From assembly GCA_041748555.1 (NCBI GenBank), contig JBGTDA010000021.1, forward strand, positions 12,497-76,496: DNA of 64,000 nt, read 5' to 3'. Under the pieces are notes generated by a model, which was given only the letters and a program-made list of their open reading frames with translations, was not told the origin of the DNA and did no database searches. Positions within the stretch are counted from its first letter, which is position 1. Every line of letters starts with the position of its first letter. The DNA is from Rhodonellum sp. (GTDB lineage Bacteria > Bacteroidota > Bacteroidia > Cytophagales > Cyclobacteriaceae). Made by a program: the position numbers and the translations under genes. Of the stretch, positions 9,055-19,029 are shown in pieces.

Positions 9055-10485
9055 ATGCTTAAAAAGCTACTTGGCGAGTCTGCTGTTTATGGAATATCCG
9101 CGATCGTGACAAGGTTTATAGGGATTTTCCTGATTCCCATATACACTCAGGTTTTTGCTCCCGATGATTATGGTATAGTAGCATTGACAATTGCCTCGTT
9201 TTCTTTATTGGGTTTGCTTGTGGTTTTTGGGTTGGACAGTGCTTCGGCTTTATATTTTTATGATTTTAAAGAAATCGAAGATCGAAAAAAACCGATAGCG
9301 AATTGGTTTTGGACCCAGCTGCTTTTTTCCACCATTGTTTCCGCCATTATTATCCTGGTTTCCAAACCTCTCTCAAACCTACTTTTTGATTCTCCCCAAT
9401 ACTATAGAGTTTTGATCTTGGGTAGCTCTCAATTGGTTTTATATACCTTTACCGCTGTATTGCTCAAATGGTTGCGATATCAAAGAAAAGCCTTCACAAC
9501 CGTATCGGTAACACTATCCACCTCACTTTTAAATATTGGGCTCAATATATTATTTGTTGTCCATCTCAGGATAGGGATTGAAGGTATTTTTCTTGCCTTA
9601 TTGATAAGTGCCTTTTGCAGCTTTCTGCTTTGTCTTTATATGATGCGTGGATGGCTTTCCATCAGACATTTTGATTGGGCTCTACACAAGAAAATGGTAC
9701 GGTATGGGTTGCCGCTTGTCCCTGCTGCAATAGCCTATTGGGTTTCCAACTCCTCAGCCTCTTACTTTCTGAATTTCTCTTTGAATCAAACTGAAGTAGG
9801 TTTGTTTCAGGTAGGTGCCAGCCTGGCAACAGGGGTATTGTTGATCACCGGAGCCTTTCAGATGGCTATCGGTCCATTTATTTTCTCACAAAAAGAAAGT
9901 CCGGAAATCAAAAACTTAATCAACCGGATCTTTTTGGGTTATATCGCTATCACCACCATCGTTGTCTCCGGGATTTCTGTTTTTGCTTATGAAATATTAG
10001 TCATCCTCACCCGAGAAGCATATTATCCCTCAAAATCTGTGGTTCCTGTACTCTCTTTCAATTTTCTTTTGTTGGGGTTAAACTACATTGGGGCATTGGG
10101 CTTGAACCTGGCTAAGGACAACAGGCCGTATATGTATGCAGTAATTACAGGTGCAGTAATAAATGTCTGTTTATTCTTTCTCCTGATTCCATTTTTGGGG
10201 AAAGACGGTGCCGCATGGGCTATGACATTATCCAATGTTGTCAGCACAATAATCATCTTCTACTCATCTGTAAAAAGATATCCTGTTAAATTTGATTTCA
10301 CCTATGGCCTGTTGATTTTGGCTTTTGGTTTTATTGTAAGTTTCACAACAAATCCTTGGATTCCCACCCAGTTTTGGATGGGAATTTTTTATAAACTCAC
10401 AATCATCGTTTTCTTGATCGGATTGATTTCATTTTTGATTCTTCCAAAGCTTAAGGAAAAACCCAAAACATTAAATACGGTTTAG
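9055..10485 (+). CDS. wzx: Oligosaccharide-unit flippase (Wzx, MOP/polysaccharide-biosynthesis-protein family)
   Basis: 476 aa and hydrophobic throughout, with about 12-14 predicted TM segments. The N-terminus (LLGESAVYGISAIVTRFIGIFLIPIYT) is typical of this family. Confidence 0.8.
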   Translation: MLKKLLGESAVYGISAIVTRFIGIFLIPIYTQVFAPDDYGIVALTIASFSLLGLLVVFGLDSASALYFYDFKEIEDRKKPIANWFWTQLLFSTIVSAIIILVSKPLSNLLFDSPQYYRVLILGSSQLVLYTFTAVLLKWLRYQRKAFTTVSVTLSTSLLNIGLNILFVVHLRIGIEGIFLALLISAFCSFLLCLYMMRGWLSIRHFDWALHKKMVRYGLPLVPAAIAYWVSNSSASYFLNFSLNQTEVGLFQVGASLATGVLLITGAFQMAIGPFIFSQKESPEIKNLINRIFLGYIAITTIVVSGISVFAYEILVILTREAYYPSKSVVPVLSFNFLLLGLNYIGALGLNLAKDNRPYMYAVITGAVINVCLFFLLIPFLGKDGAAWAMTLSNVVSTIIIFYSSVKRYPVKFDFTYGLLILAFGFIVSFTTNPWIPTQFWMGIFYKLTIIVFLIGLISFLILPKLKEKPKTLNTV

Positions 10486-10495
10486 GTACCTAACA

Positions 10496-11599
10496 ATGGA
10501 AATCCGGGATTCTGAACAAAAAGCGACTTTCGCCTATTTATCCATTCTTAATAAAGAACTGAGTCCGGGAGTGTACAATAAAATATTGGCTACAGTAAAA
10601 GGTGCAGGGAAAAACGGCTTGCAAACAAGTATTTGGTGTGAGCCTTATGGACCGGGATTTTTGAAAAAAATGTCAGATAAAATCATTCATTCCGAAGAAA
10701 AAGTGTTGATGATAAGAAGTCTTTGCCAATACAATTTTTTTTTAATCTATGCTTTTTTTGTGGCCAGAATCAAAGGGAAAAGGATAATTCTCGATGTTCC
10801 CACTCCAAATCGGGTGGCCATTCATGAAATCGCCAATGGTGATCAAAGTAGATTTTGGAAAATCAAATCACTGATATACCTGATATTTTCAGGACCGGTT
10901 CCTTATTGGTTTGTTTCGGAAGTTATCCAATATTCCAATGAAGGTGCCTGGTTTTTGTTAGGAAATAAATCCCGTACGAAAGTTCTCGGAAACGGAATTG
11001 ATATAGATCAAATTCCTTTTCGGCAGGAAGCTCCCGTTTGGCCAAGCAAGAGGTTAAACCTGATAGGCGTGGCATCTATAAACTATTGGCACGGATTTGA
11101 CCGGCTGTTCCATGCTTTGGCGGAATATAATTTTCAGGCCAAGAAAGATTATGAGGTTTATTTCACATTGGTGGGAAGTGGAGTGGCTTTACAGGCACTT
11201 AAAGAAATGGCCATACAACTGGAAATCCAAACATTCATAGAATTCACAGGGCCACTTTATGGACAGGAATTATATCAAAAATACAACTCAGCGCATTTGG
11301 CGATAGGATCTTTGGCACTTTTCAGAAAAAACCTTCAAGTGGCCTCAGAACTCAAGGCCCGTGAATATTGCGCTATTGGAATCCCTTTCTTGGCGACAGG
11401 GAAAGATCCTGATTTTCCTGAAAACATTCCTTTTAGAAAGGAATTGAAAAACAGTGATGAGACAAAAAGTCTTGTTGATTTTTTCAACAATTTCAAAGCA
11501 TTTTATGCCGACCAAAACTTCAGTGAAATCAGAAAATATGCGGAGAATAATCTGGATTATTCAGCCAAGTTTAAAATGATCCTTAAAGGTTTAAACTGA
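10496..11599 (+). CDS. Putative glycosyltransferase (GT-B/GT1-like)
   Basis: 367 aa. The C-terminal half has a GT1-like layout (LIGVASINYWHGFDRL..., LVGSG, then SELKAREYCAIGIPFLAT resembling a degenerate E-x7-E region). This is a weak family call. Confidence 0.5.
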   Translation: MEIRDSEQKATFAYLSILNKELSPGVYNKILATVKGAGKNGLQTSIWCEPYGPGFLKKMSDKIIHSEEKVLMIRSLCQYNFFLIYAFFVARIKGKRIILDVPTPNRVAIHEIANGDQSRFWKIKSLIYLIFSGPVPYWFVSEVIQYSNEGAWFLLGNKSRTKVLGNGIDIDQIPFRQEAPVWPSKRLNLIGVASINYWHGFDRLFHALAEYNFQAKKDYEVYFTLVGSGVALQALKEMAIQLEIQTFIEFTGPLYGQELYQKYNSAHLAIGSLALFRKNLQVASELKAREYCAIGIPFLATGKDPDFPENIPFRKELKNSDETKSLVDFFNNFKAFYADQNFSEIRKYAENNLDYSAKFKMILKGLN

Positions 11600-11600
11600 T

Positions 11601-12845
11601 ATGCATTCCTTGCAGAACCTTCAAACCGATCTGATTCTTCTGACTCAAAAATTCCCCTTTGAAAGCGGAGAGGAATTTATCGGAAATGAAATTTGGTATT
11701 TATCCAAACATTTCAATAAGGTATACCTTATTCCAACGCTTGCAAGAGATTTTTCAAATGCCAGAAAGTTACCATCCAATATTGAAGTTGTTCCTGTAGA
11801 AAATCCAACAGGACCTTTTCAAATCAGTATCAATTTCATCAGACATTTTCAAGGATTTTTGAGTTTGTTCGGAAAGGAATCCGGAATTAAGGGAATAGAT
11901 ATTCAAACTTTAAAATACCTCTCTTATCATATCCCTTTGGCGATAAAAGTCAAAAAACGGGTTGCTGCTCTCATTCAAAAAGACCGTTATTATTCCTTTT
12001 ACTCTTATTGGATGGATACAAATGCATTTGCATTGGCTTTACTGATACGCGAGCATCCGAATTTAAAATTCTATATAAGAAGTCATGGAGGAGATCTTTA
12101 TGATGAGAGGCATTCTGAGGGATACGTGATGTTCAGAAAGTCTGTTTATGAACAGGCCAGTTTGATTGCCCCCGTTTCCTATCACGGAAAACGATATATT
12201 TCCCAACACTGGCCGGCTTTCGCTGACAAAACGAAAACCTTTCATTTGGGAGTAAAACAACAGCTTCTGGGTCCTATCCCTAAAGGCTCAATCTACCGTT
12301 TCGTTTCCTGTTCATCGATCATACCCCTTAAGCGCCTCGATAAAATCATGGAAGTAATTAGTCTCATTCCGTTTTTGGTGGAATGGGTGCACTTTGGTGG
12401 TTCGCCCAAGGAAACGCTGACACTTAAAAATCAGGTGGAGAAATTATTTCGGAAAAATATTTCATTTGTTCCCAAAGGCTACTCATCAAATTCTGAAATT
12501 ATGGAATTCTATAGAAAGGAACCTTGTGATGTCTTTATAAATCTGAGCCTTTATGAAGGTGTACCCGTTTCCATAATGGAAGCCATCAGTTTTGGACTGC
12601 CCATCATCTCAAACGATGTGGGCGGAGTTAAAGAGATTGTTGGGGAACAGACAGGAATATTGGTTGCGGTGGATGAACAGCCGGAATTCATCGCCAAAAA
12701 ATTGGTCGCGTTTTTGGAAAGTGGAAAATCCAGATCATTGGAATTCAGGGAAACGGTACACTCCTTCGGGAGCAACAATTTTAATGCAGAAAAAAATTAC
12801 TATTCGTTTATAGATGAGATTGACCAATATAGCTGTAAGGCGTGA
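11601..12845 (+). CDS. Glycosyltransferase family 4 (GT1 clan)
   Basis: 414 aa with a classical E-x7-E nucleotide-sugar region: SLYEGVPVSIMEAISFGLPIISNDVGGVKEIV. Confidence 0.8.
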   Translation: MHSLQNLQTDLILLTQKFPFESGEEFIGNEIWYLSKHFNKVYLIPTLARDFSNARKLPSNIEVVPVENPTGPFQISINFIRHFQGFLSLFGKESGIKGIDIQTLKYLSYHIPLAIKVKKRVAALIQKDRYYSFYSYWMDTNAFALALLIREHPNLKFYIRSHGGDLYDERHSEGYVMFRKSVYEQASLIAPVSYHGKRYISQHWPAFADKTKTFHLGVKQQLLGPIPKGSIYRFVSCSSIIPLKRLDKIMEVISLIPFLVEWVHFGGSPKETLTLKNQVEKLFRKNISFVPKGYSSNSEIMEFYRKEPCDVFINLSLYEGVPVSIMEAISFGLPIISNDVGGVKEIVGEQTGILVAVDEQPEFIAKKLVAFLESGKSRSLEFRETVHSFGSNNFNAEKNYYSFIDEIDQYSCKA

Positions 12846-14149
12846 AGCATCCGGACAAAGTTGAAATGAAAAAAATATTCCTGATTTCTTTCTATTTCTC
12901 TCCCTGCACGCTGACACCTTCACAAAGAATCACTTACTGGGCTAAAAATTTTCACAAAATCGGATTATATCCTATTGTCATCACCCGCGAATGGAATGAA
13001 AACATAGCATCCCATTCGGATACCAAAATCCCGCTCGATAATAAAATCCGCCATGAAATACATGAAAATTATGATGTTTATTATCTGCCTTTTCAACCTG
13101 GAATATTAGACAAGGCCTACCTCAAATGGGGTGAAAACTCCATGAGACCTTTGTTTTTATTGGTGAAAATACTGGATGTATTACTTGCGTTTTTTACTTT
13201 AAAATTTTCTTCCTACGCTAATTTTTTCCCTTTTCTTAAAGTTCTTCAAAAGCAAAATGAAGTCGATAAGTTGATCATTTCAGGAGAACCGTTTTACTTG
13301 TTTAAAGTTGGATATCTTGCTTCAAGAAAGTTAGGGCTGAAATGGGTTGCAGATTATCGGGATGACTGGAGTACCAATGAGATTCAAAGACAGAAAGGAA
13401 ACAGCTCCCTCCGCAATCTGATTTTGAAGCTTGAATCCCATTATGAAAGAAAGTGGGTAGGAACAGCAACCTATATTACGTCCGTTTCAGAAGTTTATAC
13501 AAAAAGGCTTTCCATGTTCCTGGGCATTCCGGGGATTACAGTCGCAAACGGTTTTGATGAAGAGCTGTCGGAACTATTCAAGCCACCTTTGTATAAAAAA
13601 TTCACCATAGTTTACAGCGGGACACTTTATCCATCACAGGATATCGATATCATCCTTGAGGCATTGAGAATTTGTGTTCAGAAGGACCAACCCTTTCAAC
13701 TGATTTTCTTGGGTTCCGGATTTGATATCAAAGAAAAGAAAAGAATTGAGTCCATGGTGGATAAATCCCTTCAACCCTATGTGGAGGTCACCACAAGGTT
13801 GCCACGTCATAAAGCAATCAATGTATTACAGAGGGCACATGTACTGCTAGGCATCTCTTATGGCTCTTTGAAGGGAATTCCAACAAGCAAATTATATGAA
13901 TATATTGGGCTCAAAAAACCTGTACTGTTGTGTCCCTCTGATCATGATGTAATGGAAGAAATGCTGAAAGACGTGGAATTGGGCTTTTTCTCCGACACCC
14001 CTCAGGAGTGCGTCCGGGAGATAGAAACACTGAAAACCCTCTATTCCGGTGAAAAGATAGAGATGTTGAATCAGAAAACCGATTTGAAAATCAAAAGTTA
14101 TTCAAGGTTTCACCAAATGGCCAAGCTGAAATTTTTAGTAAATGATTGA
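12842..14149 (+). CDS. Putative glycosyltransferase (GT-B fold)
   Basis: 435 aa. The likely start is the ATG at 12866 (MKKIFLISFYFSP, a typical GT4 N-terminus) rather than the listed GTG at 12842. The C-terminal region SKLYEYIGLKKPVLL resembles the acceptor/donor loop of WbuB-like GTs. Confidence 0.55.
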   Translation: MKHPDKVEMKKIFLISFYFSPCTLTPSQRITYWAKNFHKIGLYPIVITREWNENIASHSDTKIPLDNKIRHEIHENYDVYYLPFQPGILDKAYLKWGENSMRPLFLLVKILDVLLAFFTLKFSSYANFFPFLKVLQKQNEVDKLIISGEPFYLFKVGYLASRKLGLKWVADYRDDWSTNEIQRQKGNSSLRNLILKLESHYERKWVGTATYITSVSEVYTKRLSMFLGIPGITVANGFDEELSELFKPPLYKKFTIVYSGTLYPSQDIDIILEALRICVQKDQPFQLIFLGSGFDIKEKKRIESMVDKSLQPYVEVTTRLPRHKAINVLQRAHVLLGISYGSLKGIPTSKLYEYIGLKKPVLLCPSDHDVMEEMLKDVELGFFSDTPQECVREIETLKTLYSGEKIEMLNQKTDLKIKSYSRFHQMAKLKFLVND

Positions 14150-15302
14150 AAAGGAGATTTCTCAAGGATTGTTTGGAAAGACCGTTGGGTATTTCCTGAT
14201 CTTTGTTTTCTTTTTGATGGGATGCAATCAGCTGATCAATTTGCCGCTGGACAAGCTCGTCATGTTCATGTTTTTGGTAGGTCTGATTCTGAGAAACATT
14301 TACCAGGGAATCAAAATTTCCATAACAATTCTTTTGACGGTCTGCATTTTGACAACCTTTGTGCTGTTAACTTACCTTTTCAATCTTCCCTCTTCATCAC
14401 CGATTGTTTTTTTCCCCGTTTTGGGGTTATTCTTCGCACTTTTGGTAGCCAAAGAACCTGAGCTGATAGAGATTCTTTATTGGGGACTTTTTATACACCT
14501 TGTGATCGGACTTTGCTTTGTGTTCTCCAGTTATATCATCGGGATGAACTCATACGTACACCCCATGTATGACAAGGGTGTTCCTTTTTTGCATGCTGCA
14601 AAGGGATTTACTACCACTGTTCAGTCTTTTGGTACATTAGGGATCAGCTGGTTTTTGATTTATTACTTTAAAAAGGACAGGGGAGAAGTAAGAAGAATCG
14701 ATAAAATAGCTTACTATATTGTCTTATTCGCAATTTTTTGTACGTTCAACCGAAACACACTTCTGATTTTTTTAGTGTTGTTGTTTTTTAAGCATAAGAA
14801 AATATTTGTTGCAATCTTCATCGTTTTAGGGGTGTTTTACCTTTACTTTTTTGATTTTATCAATAGCGTTTTATTCAACGTATCAACCCTGGATTCCCGT
14901 TCCGATCTTCTTCAGGCTTTTAGGATTGCTTTTTTTGAACAAACCGGATGGATTGGATACCTGATTGGAAATGGGAACAATACGGTTCCACAGGAAATAG
15001 CCGTGGGTACAGTTTACAAAACGGGATACATCGAAAACGGAACATCGGTACTTTTGTATACTTATGGTTTTATCGGATATCTGGCTTATTTAGTCGCTGT
15101 CACCATTTTATCACTGATGTTTTGGATAAGGGATCAGGTTTTTTATGCCTGTATCACTTTTTATATTTTCATCATCGCACAACAATTTACCCACGAATTT
15201 TTTTCCAACACCTTTTATCTGCTGTTCGCAGCACTATTACTGATATTAAACGCAATAGATAAAATTGAAGAAAAAAATAGTATTCTTTCATCTGCTGAAT
15301 AA
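14142..15302 (+). CDS. wzy: O-antigen/repeat-unit polymerase (Wzy-like integral membrane protein)
   Basis: 386 aa with about 10 or more hydrophobic segments, low sequence complexity, and a larger loop around residues 250-300. It lies among GTs next to Wzx. The call rests on topology and context only. Confidence 0.65.
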   Translation: MIEKEISQGLFGKTVGYFLIFVFFLMGCNQLINLPLDKLVMFMFLVGLILRNIYQGIKISITILLTVCILTTFVLLTYLFNLPSSSPIVFFPVLGLFFALLVAKEPELIEILYWGLFIHLVIGLCFVFSSYIIGMNSYVHPMYDKGVPFLHAAKGFTTTVQSFGTLGISWFLIYYFKKDRGEVRRIDKIAYYIVLFAIFCTFNRNTLLIFLVLLFFKHKKIFVAIFIVLGVFYLYFFDFINSVLFNVSTLDSRSDLLQAFRIAFFEQTGWIGYLIGNGNNTVPQEIAVGTVYKTGYIENGTSVLLYTYGFIGYLAYLVAVTILSLMFWIRDQVFYACITFYIFIIAQQFTHEFFSNTFYLLFAALLLILNAIDKIEEKNSILSSAE

Positions 15303-16341
15303 TTTCACCGGAAGTCCTTTGGTATTGAAAAATGTCATTGAAGTGGCTTTGGAAGAGGGATTTGAGGTGGAGCTATATACCAGCAAAACAAAAGGTTTTC
15401 TTACTGAGATTCCGGGAGTTATATATTACAACAATTATTACAATAGATCCAACCATAGGCTTCTAACCCTTTTTTCATTTTTTGGCAGTCAGCTTTTACT
15501 CGCTTTCGTTACCCTCTTCAGATATTACAAATCCAATGAAATCTTTTATGTCAACACCATTCTTCCTTTTGGAAGTGTGTTGACAGGAAAGATATTGGAG
15601 AAAACAGTCATCAGCCATATTCACGAATATGAGATCAAGCCACTGGCCCTCAGCAATTTTCTTTTTTCTGTTGTAAACAGGTTCTCAAATGAAATAATTG
15701 TGGTTTCTGAATTTTTAAAAAATAACCCTTCACTTAAACGCAAAGATGTCAAAGTTATCCCTAACTGTGTCACCGAGGAGTTTGAAGTCAAAGCTATTCC
15801 CCGGATTATCCCCAATACCCGTTTTCAGGTTTTGATGCTGGCCTCTCTTAGACCGTATAAGGGGATATGTGAATTCATAGCATTAAGTAAAATTTTGCAC
15901 CGGTTGGATTTCAGATTGGTAGTAAGTGATACCGAAGAAGACCTGCAGAATTTTTTGGCAGAAACTAAAATCCCCTACAATCTTAGGATTTTTCCTGAAC
16001 AACAGGATGTCCATCTTTTTTATCAGCAAGCCGATCTGATCCTGAACCTGACAGATAAAAAGAGGTGCATAGAGACTTTTGGCCTTACTGTGCTGGAAGG
16101 GATGTATTATGGGTTGCCTGCAATCATTCCGACAGTTGGTGGTATCACCGAACTTATTGAGGAAGGGAAAAACGGTTTTAAAATAGACAGTCAGAATATT
16201 GAACAGCTTTCTTCGAAGATTCAGGAAATCTGTGAAAATCAAGGGGTTTATAATTCTCTGCATAAGAATTGCTTATCTAAAAAAGAAAAATTTTCCCGAG
16301 CCCGATTCAAACAAAAAATTGTAAAGTTATTGACCATATGA
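15265..16341 (+). CDS. Glycosyltransferase family 4
   Basis: 358 aa. It has a typical N-terminus (KKIVFFHLLNNFTGSPLVL) and an E-x7-E region (ETFGLTVLEGMYYGLPAIIPTVGGITELIEEGKNG). It overlaps the wzy end by 38 nt. Confidence 0.8.
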   Translation: MKKKIVFFHLLNNFTGSPLVLKNVIEVALEEGFEVELYTSKTKGFLTEIPGVIYYNNYYNRSNHRLLTLFSFFGSQLLLAFVTLFRYYKSNEIFYVNTILPFGSVLTGKILEKTVISHIHEYEIKPLALSNFLFSVVNRFSNEIIVVSEFLKNNPSLKRKDVKVIPNCVTEEFEVKAIPRIIPNTRFQVLMLASLRPYKGICEFIALSKILHRLDFRLVVSDTEEDLQNFLAETKIPYNLRIFPEQQDVHLFYQQADLILNLTDKKRCIETFGLTVLEGMYYGLPAIIPTVGGITELIEEGKNGFKIDSQNIEQLSSKIQEICENQGVYNSLHKNCLSKKEKFSRARFKQKIVKLLTI

Positions 16342-17948
16342 TGTATTTATCAAGATTGATTTTTTTATCTCTTTTCACGATTTTCATTTCCGATTCAGTT
16401 TTTGCAGCTGATCAATTGAAGGGGAATTTTACTTATCCGGAAAAGTTCGGGGAAGAATTACCTGATCAGTCAGTATTCAAAGTTTGGAAAAACGAAACTC
16501 TTCCTTTGATTTTGAAAATCCATTCTTCCAAGGAGGATCCGGTGAACATCGAAATAGAGATGAATAACGCCAAGGTAAGTGTCCTTACTTATCAGCTAGC
16601 CTATGTAAGGGGGGATTTTTCTGCGGGAAGTTGTGGAAGTGACAAAATCAACAATGATTTTGCATCCGCGAGATTCCCTGACAGGTCTGTCCCAATCACC
16701 AACAATATCATTCAACCTGACAGTGTCATCCATTATGTATTGATCCACCTGACTGTGGATGAGAAAGCAAAAAAGGGAAGCTTTCCTCTCAACGTGAAGC
16801 TTCAACAGAACGGGCAATCGACCGACATAAATGCAAAAATAGAAATACAAAACCAAAAACTTCCTGATTTCCAAAACCTGGATTATAAGGTTGATTTTTG
16901 GCAATATCCTTTAGTGGTTTCCAATTATCACAATGTCAAACCTTACGGTCAGGAGCATATGCAACAACTGGACGTCATGTTTAAGCAGCTGCAGTACATC
17001 AATCAGAAAGTCATCACCACCTCCGTGTTTTGGGATTTGTATAACACCTCAATAAAGCCGTTGGAGGAGATGATGATTCAGGTCAGTAAAAAAACTGATG
17101 GAACATATTCATATGATTATTCGAATTTTGAAAAATATGTAAATTGTGGTCTTTCCAACGGTATTGATGAACAGATTTCTGTGCATAATCTGTATCCGTG
17201 GAACAACTATTTTTTCTATTATGATGAAGCCAAAAAGAAAGTCGTTTCTGTTCAGACTTTACCTCTGTCTGATGATTATAAAAATTTTTGGTCAAGCTTT
17301 CTAAAAGACTTCAACGATTATCTTTCCCAAAAAGGATGGTTGGAAAAAGTAGTGTTTTATATTGATGAAAGGGAGGTAGGACAGTCTCTGGGTGTTGCCA
17401 AATTTATTAAAGAAATCAATCCGGATTTTAAAATAGGATATGCAGGTAGATTTTATAAGCAATTATCCCCGTATATTTATGATTATTCTGTCCCTACGAA
17501 TGTCGTAATGGAAGATGTGAATCTTCAAAGTAGGATGGACACAGGACAAGAGACTACCTTTTATACGTCCTGTTTTGAGAAGCAGCCCAATATGTTGATG
17601 ATGTCCAATTATGGTGATATTTACTTTCTTACCATGTTGGCTAAAGCGAAGGGTTATGACGGGATGTTGAGATGGGCTTTTAATTTATGGTCATCTCAAA
17701 TAAAGGAAAATGCGATTTATACTGATGTGCCATCCGGAGACGCTCATTTTGTTTATCCTGATGGACAGGTTTCTTTAAGATATTGGATTATCCGGGATGC
17801 TCTGGAAGAAACACTTAAATTTGATGTCAAGAAGAAGGATATTGTTGCTAAACAAGTTTTAAATGCGCATACTCGATATTTTTTATTGAATGTTGAAGCC
17901 TCAAGATTGGATATGGTGTCTACAATGAAAAAATACCTGAATGATTAA
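16338..17948 (+). CDS. Secreted protein, possibly glycoside-hydrolase-like (DUF4091/GH123-like impression)
   Basis: 536 aa. There is a clear Sec signal peptide (MMYLSRLIFLSLFTIFISDSVFA|ADQ), an N-terminal beta-rich region, then a region with alternating hydrophobic/acidic strands (VVFYIDEREVG, GMLRWAFNLWS) reminiscent of TIM-barrel hydrolases. The CDS and signal peptide are solid; the family assignment is tentative. Confidence 0.5.
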   Translation: MMYLSRLIFLSLFTIFISDSVFAADQLKGNFTYPEKFGEELPDQSVFKVWKNETLPLILKIHSSKEDPVNIEIEMNNAKVSVLTYQLAYVRGDFSAGSCGSDKINNDFASARFPDRSVPITNNIIQPDSVIHYVLIHLTVDEKAKKGSFPLNVKLQQNGQSTDINAKIEIQNQKLPDFQNLDYKVDFWQYPLVVSNYHNVKPYGQEHMQQLDVMFKQLQYINQKVITTSVFWDLYNTSIKPLEEMMIQVSKKTDGTYSYDYSNFEKYVNCGLSNGIDEQISVHNLYPWNNYFFYYDEAKKKVVSVQTLPLSDDYKNFWSSFLKDFNDYLSQKGWLEKVVFYIDEREVGQSLGVAKFIKEINPDFKIGYAGRFYKQLSPYIYDYSVPTNVVMEDVNLQSRMDTGQETTFYTSCFEKQPNMLMMSNYGDIYFLTMLAKAKGYDGMLRWAFNLWSSQIKENAIYTDVPSGDAHFVYPDGQVSLRYWIIRDALEETLKFDVKKKDIVAKQVLNAHTRYFLLNVEASRLDMVSTMKKYLND

Positions 17949-19029
17949 AAGGAAAGTAGCCATAGTGGGAACTGTTGGGGTCCCTGCTAATTATGGCGGT
18001 TTTGAAACACTTGTGGAAAACCTGTTAGATCTGCTTCCGAAATTTTTTGAGGTTACAGTATTCTGCGAATCCAGGTCTTATCCCGAAAAATCAGATACCT
18101 ACAAAGGAGCCAATCTGATATATCTAAGATTAAGGGCAAATGGTATTCAAAGCATTATATACGATATTGTATCTATTTGGAAATCCTTCAGGACTCATGA
18201 CCATATATTGTTGCTGGGAGTATCGGGTGCATTGATTCTACCCTTTATCAAACCCTTTTCTAAAGCCCAGATAGTAACCAATATTGATGGTTTGGAATGG
18301 AAAAGGGACAAATGGAGTTGGTTTGCAAAGAAATTCCTTAAATTTTCCGAAAGGATTGCTGTGAAATTTTCTCATGAGGTAATTGCTGATAACAAGCATA
18401 TTCAGACCTATATAAAAAAAGAATACAACCGGGATTCTATCTTTATTGCCTATGGAGCAAATCATGTTTCTCCGGTGGATTCTGATCTGTATCTGAAAAA
18501 ATTTCCATTTTTGAAGAAACCGTATGTATTTACTGTTTGTAGAATAGAACCCGAAAACAATATTGAGATGCAGCTTCAGGCATTCGTCGATACCGAAATC
18601 CCATACCCATATGTGATTGTAGGAAACTGGAATTCAAGTGATTATGGGATGAGTCTGTACCGCAAATATTCAAGAATTAAAAACCTTATCCTTTATAATC
18701 CCATATATGATTCGGATGAATTGAATGTATTAAGATCCAATTGTTATTTTTATTTACATGGACACAGTGCAGGAGGGACAAATCCCTCATTGGTTGAAGC
18801 CATGTATCTCGGATTGCCTATTGTTGCCTTTGGAGTGAATTACAACCTGGAGACGACGTTTGGAAAAGCTGTTTATTATGAAAGCAATGAAGATTTGAAG
18901 AAATTGCTATTGAAACTGGAAACCTTGGACAGGGAAACCATATGCACTGACATGCTCAAATTAGCCAAAAAACATTATTCCTGGAGAGGGATTACAAAAA
19001 AATACATCAAAGTTTTTGATAAAATTTGA
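17941..19029 (+). CDS. Glycosyltransferase family 1 with DUF1972-type N-terminus (rhamnosyltransferase-like)
   Basis: 362 aa. The N-terminus KVAIVGTVGVPANYGGFETLVENL is the signature of DUF1972 GTs (the RgpA/WchF type). The C-terminal region is HGHSAGGTNPSLVEAMYLGLPIVAF. Confidence 0.8.
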   Translation: MIKRKVAIVGTVGVPANYGGFETLVENLLDLLPKFFEVTVFCESRSYPEKSDTYKGANLIYLRLRANGIQSIIYDIVSIWKSFRTHDHILLLGVSGALILPFIKPFSKAQIVTNIDGLEWKRDKWSWFAKKFLKFSERIAVKFSHEVIADNKHIQTYIKKEYNRDSIFIAYGANHVSPVDSDLYLKKFPFLKKPYVFTVCRIEPENNIEMQLQAFVDTEIPYPYVIVGNWNSSDYGMSLYRKYSRIKNLILYNPIYDSDELNVLRSNCYFYLHGHSAGGTNPSLVEAMYLGLPIVAFGVNYNLETTFGKAVYYESNEDLKKLLLKLETLDRETICTDMLKLAKKHYSWRGITKKYIKVFDKI

